A stretch of 64,000 nucleotides of DNA from Pseudomonadota bacterium. Lineage in GTDB: Bacteria; Pseudomonadota; Gammaproteobacteria; Steroidobacterales; MnTg04. A program made the position numbers and the translations under genes. This document shows, in pieces, positions 9,722 through 20,173 of the stretch. Where the stretch lies: positions 18,980 to 82,979 of the forward strand of contig JADFSO010000007.1 of assembly GCA_022560735.1 (NCBI GenBank), read 5' to 3'. The stretch's first letter is position 1; each line of letters begins with the position of its first letter. The notes beneath the pieces are model-generated. The model had not been told where the DNA came from and ran no database searches. It saw only the letters and a list, made by a program, of their open reading frames with translations.

Positions 9722-9895
9722 TCACTGACCGGAATTTTGGCGCTGCCTGGGTAAGCGGCCGGCTTTTCTCAGCGCCTCCCGCAAAACAAATTCGATCTGC
9801 GCATTGAGGCTGCGCAGATCGTCATTTGCCCAGGCCTGGGTTGCGGCCAGGATTCGTTCATCGACCCTTAGCGCGAACGCTTTGCGGTTACTCAT
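9722..9895 (-). CDS. Arc/ribbon-helix-helix DNA-binding protein (57 aa, not in ORF track)
   Basis: MSNRKAFALRVDERILAATQAWANDDLRSLNAQIEFVLREALRKAGRL; directly downstream of the SPFH gene. Confidence 0.82.
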   Translation of the reverse strand: MSNRKAFALRVDERILAATQAWANDDLRSLNAQIEFVLREALRKAGRLPRQRQNSGQ

Positions 9896-9933
9896 TGCCG
9901 GGAAGCCACCTCACAAACCTGCTGATCCGTCGA

Positions 9934-10803
9934 TCAGGTATAAAGCGAACCGGTATTGAGTACGGGCTGCGCGTTTTCCTCACCGCAAAGTACGATCAGC
10001 AGGTTGCTGACCATCGCGGCCTTGCGTTCCTCGTCCAGATCGACAATTTTTTCCTCGCTGAGCTGTTCGAGCGCCATCTTCACCATGCTGACTGCGCCGT
10101 GCACAATCTGGGTGCGTGCAGCGATAATGGCGGATGCCTGTTGCCTGCGTAACATGGCGTTGGCGATCTCCGGTGCATAGGCCAGGTGGCTGATTCTCGC
10201 CTCGATCACTTTGACGCCGGCTTTTTCAAGGCGTGCCTGAATTTCATCGCGCAAGGCCTCGGCGATGATCGCCGGATGGCTGCGCAACGCCGTGCCTTCG
10301 CCTTCGTGGGGCTCGTATGGATAGGTCGTCGACAGGTTCCTCAACGCGGATTCGGTCTGAATATGAACGAACTCCTGGTAGTCATCGACTTCAAACATAG
10401 CCTCGGCCGTATCGAACACTTTCCAGACGACGACGGCCGCAATTTCGATGGGGCTGCCGCGTGAATCGTTGACCTTGAGCTTGCTGCTTTCAAAATTCCG
10501 CACCCGCGTCGAAACGGCGGTCTTGTTATAAAAAGGGTTAGCCCAGCGCAGGCCGGGATCGCGGCAGGTGCCGACATATTTGCCAAATAACTGCATGACC
10601 TTCGCTTCGTTCGGGTGGACCATGAAAAATCCGAACCACAGAATGAATGTCACCAGTGAGACTATTATCAGGGCCACGCCCTGGCCGATCGAGCCTCTGC
10701 CGATTGCATTCACAAACAGGTAACCGAACAGCAATTGCGCTGCCAGTATCAGCCCGATCAGCGGGTATCCGGATGGGACTTTCTTGACAATTTCCGTAAT
10801 CAT
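9934..10803 (-). CDS. SPFH/band 7 domain membrane protein
   Basis: Two N-terminal TMs, KVND..G.PIEIAAVVVW, LAYAPEIANAMLRRQQA. Confidence 0.92.
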   Translation of the reverse strand: MITEIVKKVPSGYPLIGLILAAQLLFGYLFVNAIGRGSIGQGVALIIVSLVTFILWFGFFMVHPNEAKVMQLFGKYVGTCRDPGLRWANPFYNKTAVSTRVRNFESSKLKVNDSRGSPIEIAAVVVWKVFDTAEAMFEVDDYQEFVHIQTESALRNLSTTYPYEPHEGEGTALRSHPAIIAEALRDEIQARLEKAGVKVIEARISHLAYAPEIANAMLRRQQASAIIAARTQIVHGAVSMVKMALEQLSEEKIVDLDEERKAAMVSNLLIVLCGEENAQPVLNTGSLYT

Positions 10804-10823
10804 GGCTTTGCCTCATAGATATC

Positions 10824-10850
10824 AATATGCTATCATTATGATAGCATATT
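10824..10850. promoter_or_regulatory. perfect 13-bp inverted repeat, probable operator of the SPFH-Arc operon
   Basis: AATATGCTATCAT-T-ATGATAGCATATT, 20 bp upstream of the SPFH start. Confidence 0.7.
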
Positions 10851-10926
10851 ATCCGAAAGTCAACACAGGCTCTTTTCGTGGCCCATAACTGGTGGTTTTT
10901 ACTGAGAATTTTTGCGACGCGCCTGC

Positions 10927-12495
10927 TCAGTTCTCGCATTCGCCCAAAATCTCTTCCCTGATTTCGTCCAGCCAGGGCCGCTGCCGTTGCCGTGGACGGC
11001 CGGCACAAGGCTGGGATCTTGGACAGCTGGTACTCCGCGGGCAAATAATGCTGGCGGGTTCGTCGAGTCCTTGTTCAACCCAGCCGATATTGAGGATTTT
11101 TAAGCTGCTGAGGATCTGCCTGCGCGCCTCTTCCGGTATCACCGCCGAACCATTCTGATTGCGGCAGGCGGCACCGATCATTTCGACTATTCCTGCTGCG
11201 TCATATCCCTGGGACTGCAAAGCTGGCGACAGATCGATGCCGGCACAGATCACGTGCGTATTACCGGCGGAATCTTTCGTACGCAAGGATTCGCAGGCAT
11301 AAAGCCTTGCCTCGTCCTGTTTTTGCAGGACTGAAATTTGTGCATACGGTTTACTGGTCTGCCGTTTCAGCATCCGAAAGACAGCCCATTGCCGGCACGG
11401 GTCCGAAACCATGCGCATGTTTCCCCATGGCAGGGGAATACCATTACCCCGATACACTGCACGCAATTTGCCCGGTGGGTAGGCGTCAAAATAATGCCAA
11501 TGGAGGTAGGGCGATACGGCCGTCATCCGCCGCATGATCAGCGATGGTGTCAGACCGACCTGGTCGCCTGCATTGACGCTGTAGGCAGTCCGAATCAGGA
11601 ACTGGCGAAAAGGCAATTTCGGGCACAACAAGGCGCCGGCGAAGAAAGTGCACTCAAAATCTCGCCAGGCGAAAAGTACGTCGCGCTCCTTGATCTCCTT
11701 GAGCTCTGTTTCCGGTCGCGGCGATGCACCGAGCTGACCGGCCGTCGCCTGGCAGGAACGCAGCCCATCGCCATCATGCAGGACTTTGTGACCAATATGG
11801 CAGGCCAGGTCATATTTCAGCCGTGCTGGTTGATCCTCGAGTTCACGATTCAGGTAGATGGTGCCTGGCGGTTCGAAAAAGGAACGAAAAAGTGTCTTGA
11901 TTTCGAGCCCGGCATCGTCGCGAGCGATAAACGGTTTGCGCGAAAACCATTTGATCTCTAGATTGAGTTTCTTCACGATAGCAAGCAACTCATCCACTCC
12001 GAGCGGGAATTGCTTCCCGCCAATTTCCTCCGCTGCCCTTTCCAGGTCAGGAAATCGATTGTGGCGGGCCTCCTGGTAGGATCGAATCAGCAAGGAGGCA
12101 AATTGCCTGCCGCTGGTTCCGGTCTGTGACAACAACTCGGGCAGAGCTGTTCTTAGCTGCTCACGGGAAAACAAAAAGCCTGGTTCCAGCGGGATGCCAG
12201 CGACACCGCCACTGGTTTTTCCTGCCACCGCAATCGTCGGTTGCGGGCTGTCATCGAGAAACCAGCCAGGATCCTTTTGCAATACTTCCGCAAGCAAGGC
12301 CAGCAATTTTTCGGAAGGCATGCGCTTACCGGTTTCAATCATACTCAGATAAGACACCGACGGAGCGGTCTTGCGATCGACCTGCATGCATCGCAATGAC
12401 AGGTCGTCCAACGTCAACCGATGGCCTTTTCGCAATGTCCTGATCTTCGCGCCGAGAAAATGAGCTTTGCGTAAGTAACCGGTGCCGATCGCCAT
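10927..12495 (-). CDS. XRE-HTH short-chain acyl-CoA regulator family protein (DUF3612-like), probable glyoxylate shunt regulator
   Basis: N-terminal HTH (PSVSYLSMIETGKRMPS), LACHIGH, FFAGALLCP, C-terminal CPRSTSCPR; divergent from aceB. Confidence 0.8.
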   Translation of the reverse strand: MAIGTGYLRKAHFLGAKIRTLRKGHRLTLDDLSLRCMQVDRKTAPSVSYLSMIETGKRMPSEKLLALLAEVLQKDPGWFLDDSPQPTIAVAGKTSGGVAGIPLEPGFLFSREQLRTALPELLSQTGTSGRQFASLLIRSYQEARHNRFPDLERAAEEIGGKQFPLGVDELLAIVKKLNLEIKWFSRKPFIARDDAGLEIKTLFRSFFEPPGTIYLNRELEDQPARLKYDLACHIGHKVLHDGDGLRSCQATAGQLGASPRPETELKEIKERDVLFAWRDFECTFFAGALLCPKLPFRQFLIRTAYSVNAGDQVGLTPSLIMRRMTAVSPYLHWHYFDAYPPGKLRAVYRGNGIPLPWGNMRMVSDPCRQWAVFRMLKRQTSKPYAQISVLQKQDEARLYACESLRTKDSAGNTHVICAGIDLSPALQSQGYDAAGIVEMIGAACRNQNGSAVIPEEARRQILSSLKILNIGWVEQGLDEPASIICPRSTSCPRSQPCAGRPRQRQRPWLDEIREEILGECEN

Positions 12496-12506
12496 ATTTA
12501 ACTCTC

Positions 12507-12544
12507 TTGTGAAATTAACAGTGTAAAATTTTCTTTGTGAAATT
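12507..12544. promoter_or_regulatory. three direct repeats with 14-bp period between the regulator and aceB
   Basis: TTGTGAAATT 12507, GTGTAAAATT 12521, TTGTGAAATT 12535. Confidence 0.65.
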
Positions 12545-12584
12545 TCTCTCGATTATAACAAGCGAGTGGGTAATTATCGATGCC

Positions 12585-14186
12585 ATGAACAAGCCAAATC
12601 CAACCAATGATGCTGTCGAATTGTTGGCGCCAGCCCGCAATTGCGACGCGGAGATCCTGACCCCGGCGGCGATCGGTTTTGTGGCCAGTTTGCACGGCCA
12701 GTTCAATGAACGACGCCTGAAACTTCTCAAAAAGCGTGAGGAATTCCAGGCAGGGCTCGATCAGGGCGAATTGCCCGGGTTCCTGGAAGAAACCCGGGGG
12801 ATACGGGAAGGGAGCTGGAAAGTCCGGCCCGCGCCGGCCGATCTGCTTGATCGAAGAGTGGAAATAACCGGTCCGGTCGAGCGCAAGATGATTATCAACG
12901 CGTTGAATTCCGGCGCGCAGGCCTTTATGGCCGATTTTGAGGATTCCTGTTCACCGACCTGGGCCAACCTGCTCGATGGGCAAATCAATCTGCGCGATGC
13001 CGTGGTTGGAACGATCTCCTTCGAGCATCCGCAAAGCGGCAAACAATATGCCCTGGGCGAGAAGGTCGCGACGCTGATTGTCAGGCCCCGGGGATGGCAC
13101 CTCGAGGAAAAGCACATGCGGGTCGACGGCGTCACCATATCGGCATCCTTGTTCGATTTTGGCCTGTATTTCTTTCACAACGCCGCTGCGCTGCTCGAAA
13201 AAGGCAGCGGCCCCTATTTCTATTTGCCAAAATTGGAAAACCACCTCGAAGCGCGGTTGTGGAACGATGTTTTTGTCGCGGCGCAGGAAATGCTTGGGCT
13301 GAAGACAGGCACCATACGCGCAACCGTGCTGATCGAAACGATATCGGCCGCTTTCGAGATGGACGAAATACTCCACGAGTTACGTGATCATTGCGTGGGT
13401 CTTAACTGCGGCCGCTGGGATTACATTTTCAGTTTCATCAAGAAATTTCGTAACCGCCCGGACTTCGTGTTGCCCGACCGGGCGGCAATCACGATGGAGC
13501 GGCATTTTCTCAAGTCTTATACGGAACTGCTGATCAAAATCTGCCACCGGCGCGGCGCGCACGCGATGGGCGGCATGGCCGCACAAATCCCGATCAAAGG
13601 CGACGATGCCGCCAATGCAGAAGCGCTGGCGAAGGTGCGCGCGGACAAGGAGCGCGAAGCCAATGCGGGTCACGATGGTACCTGGGTGGCCCACCCAGGC
13701 CTGGTACCGGTCGCGCTTGCTGCTTTCGACGCGGTGATGACAGGCCCCAATCAACTCGATGTCCTGCGTGAAGACGTGGATGTTTCGGCAAACGACCTGC
13801 TCAAGGTGCCGCAGGGCGCGTTTACCGTAGCCAGCTTCCGGCACAATATCCGGGTTGGTGTGCAATACCTGGCTACCTGGCTTGGCGGCAATGGCTGCGT
13901 ACCCATGTACCACCTGATGGAAGACACGGCGACTGCTGAAATTTGCCGCGCCCAGCTCTGGCAATGGCTTCGCCATCGGGTTGTCCTCGACAGCGGCGAG
14001 GTTGTGACGCCGGAGCTGTTTGACCGGATTTTCTGCGAAACCATGATCAGCATGCAAAGCAAAACTGCCTGTGGAGGCGCTGCCGATATTCAGATGGACC
14101 TGGCTGCGAAGCTGTTTTCGCAAATGGTGAAGAAGGAATCATTCGACGAATTTCTGACCGTCCCTGCCTACCAATACCTGGACTAG
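12585..14186 (+). CDS. aceB: malate synthase A
   Basis: [56 protein letters not shown]. Confidence 0.96.
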   Translation: MNKPNPTNDAVELLAPARNCDAEILTPAAIGFVASLHGQFNERRLKLLKKREEFQAGLDQGELPGFLEETRGIREGSWKVRPAPADLLDRRVEITGPVERKMIINALNSGAQAFMADFEDSCSPTWANLLDGQINLRDAVVGTISFEHPQSGKQYALGEKVATLIVRPRGWHLEEKHMRVDGVTISASLFDFGLYFFHNAAALLEKGSGPYFYLPKLENHLEARLWNDVFVAAQEMLGLKTGTIRATVLIETISAAFEMDEILHELRDHCVGLNCGRWDYIFSFIKKFRNRPDFVLPDRAAITMERHFLKSYTELLIKICHRRGAHAMGGMAAQIPIKGDDAANAEALAKVRADKEREANAGHDGTWVAHPGLVPVALAAFDAVMTGPNQLDVLREDVDVSANDLLKVPQGAFTVASFRHNIRVGVQYLATWLGGNGCVPMYHLMEDTATAEICRAQLWQWLRHRVVLDSGEVVTPELFDRIFCETMISMQSKTACGGAADIQMDLAAKLFSQMVKKESFDEFLTVPAYQYLD

Positions 14187-14196
14187 GAGACAAAAG

Positions 14197-15483
14197 ATGA
14201 CGCGGAGAATACAGATCGAATTGCTGCAGAAAGAGTGGCTGGAAGAACCGCGCTGGCAAGGCGTTAAGCGCCCGTATGGAGCGGAAGATGTCTTGAGGCT
14301 TCGCGGGTCGGTCCTGGTAGAGCATACCCTTGCCCGTCTGGGCGCGGAGAAATTCTGGCGCGCCCTGCATGGCGAAAAACCGGTCTGCGCGCTCGGCGCC
14401 GTAACCGGCAACCAGGCCATTCAGGAAGTGCAGGCGGGTCTTAATGCGGTTTACTGTTCGGGCTGGCAGGTGGCCGGCGACGGCAACAGCGCTGGCGAGA
14501 TGTATCCGGATCAAAGCCTGTACCCGGTGGATTCGGTCCCGAAAATGGTTGAGCGTATAAACAATGCGCTGCTCAGAACCGACGAGATCCACGGGCTCGA
14601 CGACGACGACTCGATTGACTGGCTGGTGCCCGTCATTGCTGATGCAGAAGCCGGTTTTGGTGGCAACCTCAACGCTTTCGAGCTGATGAAACACATGATT
14701 CGCGCCGGCGCCGCCGGAGTACACTTCGAAGACCAGTTGTCTTCGGCGAAAAAATGCGGACACATGGGCGGTAAAGTTCTAGTTCCGACCCAGGAAGCGA
14801 TTGGCAAATTGGTGGCTGCCAGGCTGGCCGCCGACGTGATGGCAGTGCCCGCATTGGTGATTGCGCGTACCGACGCGAACGGTGCGGGTCTTCTGACAGC
14901 GGACTGTGATGAACGGGATCGCCGGTTCCTGACGGGCGGGCGGTCTGCGGAAGGCTTTTACAACGTGAGAGAAGGTATCGATCAGGCGATCGATCGAGGA
15001 TTGTCATACGCACCTTTTGCTGACCTGATTTGGTGTGAAACTTCGCAACCTGACCTGGCGGAAGCAAGGAAATTTTCTGAAGCCGTCAAAAAGAGATATC
15101 CGGACCAACTTCTCGCATACAACTGTTCGCCCTCGTTTAACTGGAAAGCGAACCTGGACGACAAGACCATGCGGCGTTTTCGGGAGGAACTCGCAGCCAT
15201 GGGCTACCGCTTCCAATTTATAACGCTGGCCGGCTGGCACTCACTGAACCTGGGCATGTTCGAGTTGAGCAGGGCCTACCAGGCAGAAGGAATGTACGCT
15301 TACTCGAATTTCCAGCAGAGAGAATTCAGTAACGAAGAATACGGGTTCCGCGCGACACGGCACCAGAGCTTTGTCGGTACCGGTTATTTTGATACCGTGC
15401 AAACAATCATTGCCGGCGGTCAGGCGTCAACGACTGCGTTAAGCGGAAGCACGGAGCAGGAGCAGTTCCGCCAGGCGGTGTAG
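14197..15483 (+). CDS. aceA: isocitrate lyase
   Basis: [37 protein letters not shown]. Confidence 0.97.
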   Translation: MTRRIQIELLQKEWLEEPRWQGVKRPYGAEDVLRLRGSVLVEHTLARLGAEKFWRALHGEKPVCALGAVTGNQAIQEVQAGLNAVYCSGWQVAGDGNSAGEMYPDQSLYPVDSVPKMVERINNALLRTDEIHGLDDDDSIDWLVPVIADAEAGFGGNLNAFELMKHMIRAGAAGVHFEDQLSSAKKCGHMGGKVLVPTQEAIGKLVAARLAADVMAVPALVIARTDANGAGLLTADCDERDRRFLTGGRSAEGFYNVREGIDQAIDRGLSYAPFADLIWCETSQPDLAEARKFSEAVKKRYPDQLLAYNCSPSFNWKANLDDKTMRRFREELAAMGYRFQFITLAGWHSLNLGMFELSRAYQAEGMYAYSNFQQREFSNEEYGFRATRHQSFVGTGYFDTVQTIIAGGQASTTALSGSTEQEQFRQAV

Positions 15484-15545
15484 GAATGGCAGCTAAATTC
15501 TTTCACCGTTTGGCACACATCGACGTGATACCTCTTCAGGAGTCT

Positions 15546-16229
15546 TTAATCGTCTCCCATGAAAAGCATAAGAACGTACCAGAACAGCAGGGCGATCGAT
15601 GCGAACAACTGCAAGGACGCGGCCACATGCTGACCCGGCCCGTATTCGTGCAGGATTTTCGAGGTGTCGAAAAGCACGGCGCCACCGGCATAGAGTACCA
15701 TGGCCGCGCTGAACCAAAGACCCAGCGATGAGCCGAACAGAACCGAAAATACGATCATGCCCATTGCCAGCATCCCGCCCCACATCATGAATGGCTGGAG
15801 AAAAGAAAAGTTTTTGCGGGTGACGAAAACCACCGCTGTCAATGCAGTAAATGCCAGCAGAGTTACAACCGCGGCGTTTTCGATCGTGCCCGGCGCGTAG
15901 CTCTCGGCGATATAGAGTAATGGCACAAATATGATTGCTTCGGCTGCGACGAAAGCCGCCAGCGCCAGGTATTGCGTACTTGCCGATTTTGCCGATTGCG
16001 CAGCCCGGCTGGCCAGCCAGGCCACCAGTATGAAACCACCCAGAACCATCAGCCAGCTGACGCCCAGGAGCGCACGCGCTATCGTTTCGGCATACCCAGT
16101 GGTGAACAAATAGTATTCAATAAACACAAAACCGGAGATCGCACCAAACAAATGCGCGTAGGTCTTGAGGATGAAATCGGCTTGCTGTTCGGCCGCCATA
16201 GCGGGAGCGTATTGAATTGTGCGGTTCAT
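15546..16229 (-). CDS. Bax inhibitor-1/YccA family membrane protein
   Basis: 7 TM, TYAHL, RKNFSFL, LFDTSKI, AASLQLFASIALLFWYVL. Confidence 0.88.
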   Translation of the reverse strand: MNRTIQYAPAMAAEQQADFILKTYAHLFGAISGFVFIEYYLFTTGYAETIARALLGVSWLMVLGGFILVAWLASRAAQSAKSASTQYLALAAFVAAEAIIFVPLLYIAESYAPGTIENAAVVTLLAFTALTAVVFVTRKNFSFLQPFMMWGGMLAMGMIVFSVLFGSSLGLWFSAAMVLYAGGAVLFDTSKILHEYGPGQHVAASLQLFASIALLFWYVLMLFMGDD

Positions 16230-16301
16230 GAATGACCTCGGGTTAAGGTGTATTTGGATTGGGTCGAGTATAACAACTAAGCGGTGGCTGCTGAAAACAG
16301 T

Positions 16302-17087
16302 CTATTCGGCGCTCGCGGGCGGGTTATTTTCGCTTTTCGCACTAAATTTGCCATGCGACAGGAAATGGATGGTTTCCTCGATCACACTGGAGTTACTCAT
16401 CATGAAAGGATGGGTGACCGGCAGGGTGACAAATCCGGTCATGCCTTCGACCTTGGTGTTCTCCACGGAGACTTTGCCATCGTCTTGCCCGGGAATGAGC
16501 GATGACAGGATCAGGTTGATACTCTGGGAGCCCGCGATTATGCCCAGTTCGAAGTCGACGGGCCCAAGCTGTGCGGGCAACGCCGTTGCTGCAGTGCCGA
16601 GCTGTTCTCCGGCAGGCCCATTGAGCAATTCGAATCCCGGCAGATTCTTTAATTTGTCGACAACCTCGCTGCCGGCATTCGGTGGCCCGAGCATGACGAC
16701 GCGGCCTAACTGATCCAGGTCGTTGGTTTGAAAATATTGGCGAACTAAAATCCCACCCAACGAATGGGTAACGAAATGAATCGCATCGGCAGACTGTTCC
16801 TGGCATCGATCGATCCCGCTCGCAACAGCAGTTTTCGCAAGCGCTTCGATCGACTGTTCACGAGAGGGGTAATCGATATTCGCGACGCTGAATTTCTCAT
16901 TCTCCAGCGCCGTCTGGAGCTGCTGCATTGAGGCGGAGGTCCTGTTCAATCCGTGCAGCAGAACGACGCAGTCGCCTGCCGAAACCGCACTGGATAGGAA
17001 GAAAAAGAGCGCCGGTGCAACTGCATTCTTCATCGAGAGGGGCGAAATTCGATGGAACATGCGCATGATTTTCCCCTCGCTTGGCAC
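16302..17087 (-). CDS. exported alpha/beta hydrolase (lipase/esterase); start uncertain
   Basis: VVLLHGL, FVTHSLGG, LGPPNAGS, DDGKVSV, THPFMM. Confidence 0.88.
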   Translation of the reverse strand: MPSEGKIMRMFHRISPLSMKNAVAPALFFFLSSAVSAGDCVVLLHGLNRTSASMQQLQTALENEKFSVANIDYPSREQSIEALAKTAVASGIDRCQEQSADAIHFVTHSLGGILVRQYFQTNDLDQLGRVVMLGPPNAGSEVVDKLKNLPGFELLNGPAGEQLGTAATALPAQLGPVDFELGIIAGSQSINLILSSLIPGQDDGKVSVENTKVEGMTGFVTLPVTHPFMMSNSSVIEETIHFLSHGKFSAKSENNPPASAE

Positions 17088-17137
17088 TTTGTTTCAAGGC
17101 CAAAATAATAGACGCAAAATTACCGTGTAAGTTCGCG

Positions 17138-17689
17138 TTAGTATATGTCTTTGGACGAGGTCACGGATTTTGGATAGGCTTCAGGCTGGGAAACTGATTC
17201 GCAATAATACCCGGTTTTGCCCCCGGGTTTTTTGTTGTGCCTGATAATCGTGTAGGTCAGGTTTGGCAGGGTATCTGCGGCACGTGCTGGTGAGACCCAG
17301 GTAAACCTTGGCTCGATCAGTTTGTGTATCCTGCTGGCCGGTTTGTTCGACACGTAAAAGCCTGACTGCTGGTACAGCGTATTTTCCACGTAGTATGTCT
17401 TGCCGGCCTCGATTTTCAATTCAAGGCAGGAGAAGTTGTGGACTCCGGGTTCGAGATGAGTGAAAAAAAATGAACCCTCTTTGACAGCACCCAAAAAACC
17501 GCCGTCTACGTATACGTAGTAATTTTTCGCGCGATTGTAGTAACTGCCGGCTTTAAAGAAATACACCAGCGCCGTATCGTCTCCGGCTTTTGGAATCTCG
17601 CGCAGCACCGGGTATTCGATGATCATGTTTGTACACGCGGACAGAGCGGCAATCAGCGGCGCAGCACATAAAATAGTCAGTAATCGCAT
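17138..17689 (-). CDS. lipoprotein, DUF2846-like, paralog 3
   Basis: MRLLTILCAA..LSAC lipobox; ALVYFF..YVDGGFLGAVKEGSFFFTHLEPGVH..IEAGKTYY. Confidence 0.75.
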   Translation of the reverse strand: MRLLTILCAAPLIAALSACTNMIIEYPVLREIPKAGDDTALVYFFKAGSYYNRAKNYYVYVDGGFLGAVKEGSFFFTHLEPGVHNFSCLELKIEAGKTYYVENTLYQQSGFYVSNKPASRIHKLIEPRFTWVSPARAADTLPNLTYTIIRHNKKPGGKTGYYCESVSQPEAYPKSVTSSKDIY

Positions 17690-17694
17690 TGGTC

Positions 17695-18153
17695 TCACTC
17701 CTTCCTTACCTTCGTATAGGTCAGGCCCCCAACTATCGGCTGGGCGTAGTCTGCCGATCGCAGAACGAATTTCGGCGGGCAAAGAATCAGTGGATCCCAG
17801 CTGTTGCGTCTATAGCCATTATAATTCTCCAGGTAGTATATCTGGCCTGCCTCGATTTCAATTTTCAGGCAAGAAAAGTTGTGTGTTCCGGGTTTTACAT
17901 GAGCAAAAAAGAATGAACCTTCGGCCACCGCGCCTAAAAACTCACCGTCATCGTCTACGTACTCGTAGTTTTTCCTTTTGTGATGGTGGTAACTGCTGTG
18001 ATCGTGGTAATCGGGTCTATAAAAATACACCAGTGCCGCGTCGTCCCTGGCTTGCGGTTGCTCAGGCAATGGCGGATATTCAACAATTCTGTTCACACAC
18101 GCGGGAAGGGCGACAAGCAGCAGTGCAGCACACAGGGGAGTCAGTAATCGCAT
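17695..18153 (-). CDS. lipoprotein, DUF2846-like, paralog 2
   Basis: MRLLTPLCAA..LPAC; ALVYFYRP..DGEFLGAVAEGSFFFAHVKPGTH..IEAGQIYY. Confidence 0.75.
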   Translation of the reverse strand: MRLLTPLCAALLLVALPACVNRIVEYPPLPEQPQARDDAALVYFYRPDYHDHSSYHHHKRKNYEYVDDDGEFLGAVAEGSFFFAHVKPGTHNFSCLKIEIEAGQIYYLENYNGYRRNSWDPLILCPPKFVLRSADYAQPIVGGLTYTKVRKE

Positions 18154-18158
18154 TGGCG

Positions 18159-18626
18159 TCAGTCCTTTCTTATGATGGTATAGCTCAGATGCGCAATTAT
18201 CGGCTGTGCGTATTCTGCTGGTATCGGTGAAAACAATGGGGGACAATTGCTCAACGCGGACTGTCGATCGGTGGCAAAATCCAGGCTTTTATCCACGTCG
18301 TATTGGTAGCCTTCCCCGACAACCAGATAGTATGTCAGGCCGGCATTGAGGCCCAATTTCAGGCAGGGAAAATCGTGTATTCCCGGCGCCAGATGAACGA
18401 AAAAGAATGAACCGTCTTTCACGGCGCCCAGGAATTCGCCGCCATCATAAACGTGATGATTGCGGGCTTGATTGTAGCGATGACTGCGTTTGAAAAAAAA
18501 CACCAGCGCCGCATCATCTGTGGCCTGCGGCATTTCATCCAGCACAGGATTCTCGATAGTCAGATGTGTGCACGCAGAAAGGGCGGCGAAAAACGGCGCA
18601 GCGCAACAAAGAGTCAATAATCGCAT
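18159..18626 (-). CDS. lipoprotein, DUF2846-like, paralog 1
   Basis: MRLLTLCCAA..LSAC; ALVFFF..GGEFLGAVKDGSFFFVHLAPGIH..LNAGLTYY. Confidence 0.75.
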   Translation of the reverse strand: MRLLTLCCAAPFFAALSACTHLTIENPVLDEMPQATDDAALVFFFKRSHRYNQARNHHVYDGGEFLGAVKDGSFFFVHLAPGIHDFPCLKLGLNAGLTYYLVVGEGYQYDVDKSLDFATDRQSALSNCPPLFSPIPAEYAQPIIAHLSYTIIRKD

Positions 18627-18814
18627 CGGTGTCATTCCTTCATTTCAACGAGCCGGCAGCGACGTAGGCAGGTAGCGCGATAATGGGAGATATACCCAAA
18701 TATAGTACAAGAAACGCATTTGCGCTATAAAAAGACTCAGATCCAATTTGTCCGGCGCTTTCGATACACTTAGGCTCCGCTTCGCCGCAGACCATAACGC
18801 CAGGAGAGAATCGT

Positions 18815-20110
18815 ATGCCGATCAGTAAACGCGAATTCTTGAAAATCAGCGGTCTGACCGCCGGTATAGCTGGCCTGTCGGCCGCGGGGCTCACTGCCTG
18901 CAGCAGTTCACCAGATCCTGATGACAACGATGGCGGTGGTAAAGGGCTGGAATCCATAACCGGCGATGTCCAGCCGATCGGTGTCGATGAAAGATTATCG
19001 CGGATCGCCAAAGCGCAGATGCTGATGGTCGATGCGGGGATCGATGCAATCGTGCTGGAACCGGGCTCCGCCATGCTTTATTTCAGTGGCGTTAGCTGGC
19101 GGCGTAGCGAGCGTCTGACCGCGGTGATCATTCCCAGGCGCGGGGAGATCGCCGTCATCACTCCCTATTTTGAAGAGCCGAGCGTGCGCGAGTCGATGAT
19201 TTTTGGCGATGATATACGCACCTGGCACGAACACGAGAGCCCGTTCGACCTCGTCGCCGGCATACTCAAGGATCGTGGGCTCAATCAAGGGGTGATCGGG
19301 CTCGAGGATACCGTGCGCTATTTTGTGGTCAAGGGGATTAAAAAGTCGGTCCGATCGTTCGCAATAACATCGGCGTTACCGGTCACGCTGGGTTGTCGCA
19401 TGTACAAGTCAGAGAATGAAATCGCGCTGATGAAAAAGGCCAGCGAAGTGACCTTGACGGCATTTCGACATGTGTATTCGAGACTGGAAGCAGGGATGAC
19501 GCCGGCCGACGTCAACGCGATGATGTTTGACGCACAGACGGCGTTGGGCGGGGTTGAGGTCTGGAACATGGCCTTGTTTGGCGAGGCCAGCGCTTATCCG
19601 CATGGCACCAACCAGCCACAGGAAATTAAAAAAGGGCAGATTGTGCTGATGGATTGTGGTTGTGCGGTCGAAGGGTACAGATCGGACATCTCGCGCACCT
19701 TTGTTTTGGGCAGTCCAACGAAACGGCAACGGGAAGTCTGGCAAACTGTCCGCAAAGGACAGCAAATTGCTTTCGAAACGGCGACTTTGGGTACACCCGC
19801 CGGCGCGGTCGATGATGCCGTCCGGGCGTATTATGAATCGCTCGGTTACGGCCCGGGTTACCAGACACCCGGTCTGAGTCATCGCACCGGTCACGGAATC
19901 GGCATGGATGGGCACGAAAGCGTCAACTTCGTACATGGCGAAACCACGCCATTGATGTCCGGTATGTGTTTTTCCAACGAGCCGGGCATTTATATTTTTG
20001 GAGAATTCGGTGTGCGCCTGGAAGATTGCCTGTACATGACTCTCCGGGGACCGGCATGGTTTACCGCGCCCCCGGACAGCCTCGATGATCCGATCGGCAG
20101 GATGGGGTAA
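18815..20110 (+). CDS. M24 family Xaa-Pro peptidase, Tat-exported lipoprotein
   Basis: SKREFLK Tat-like signal with LTAC; DCGC..GYRSDISRTF, HRTGHGIGMDGHE, SNEPGIY, GVRLED. Confidence 0.92.
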   Translation: MPISKREFLKISGLTAGIAGLSAAGLTACSSSPDPDDNDGGGKGLESITGDVQPIGVDERLSRIAKAQMLMVDAGIDAIVLEPGSAMLYFSGVSWRRSERLTAVIIPRRGEIAVITPYFEEPSVRESMIFGDDIRTWHEHESPFDLVAGILKDRGLNQGVIGLEDTVRYFVVKGIKKSVRSFAITSALPVTLGCRMYKSENEIALMKKASEVTLTAFRHVYSRLEAGMTPADVNAMMFDAQTALGGVEVWNMALFGEASAYPHGTNQPQEIKKGQIVLMDCGCAVEGYRSDISRTFVLGSPTKRQREVWQTVRKGQQIAFETATLGTPAGAVDDAVRAYYESLGYGPGYQTPGLSHRTGHGIGMDGHESVNFVHGETTPLMSGMCFSNEPGIYIFGEFGVRLEDCLYMTLRGPAWFTAPPDSLDDPIGRMG

Positions 20111-20173
20111 AAGGACAATCGGCGGTCACCGGGCGGAGTCGTGCTGTACTTGGCGAATACGCCACCGGCATTG

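Noticed and set aside
17138-18640. Diversity-generating retroelement target array
   Set aside because: No reverse transcriptase and no near-identical template/variable repeat pair; differences are not adenine-specific.
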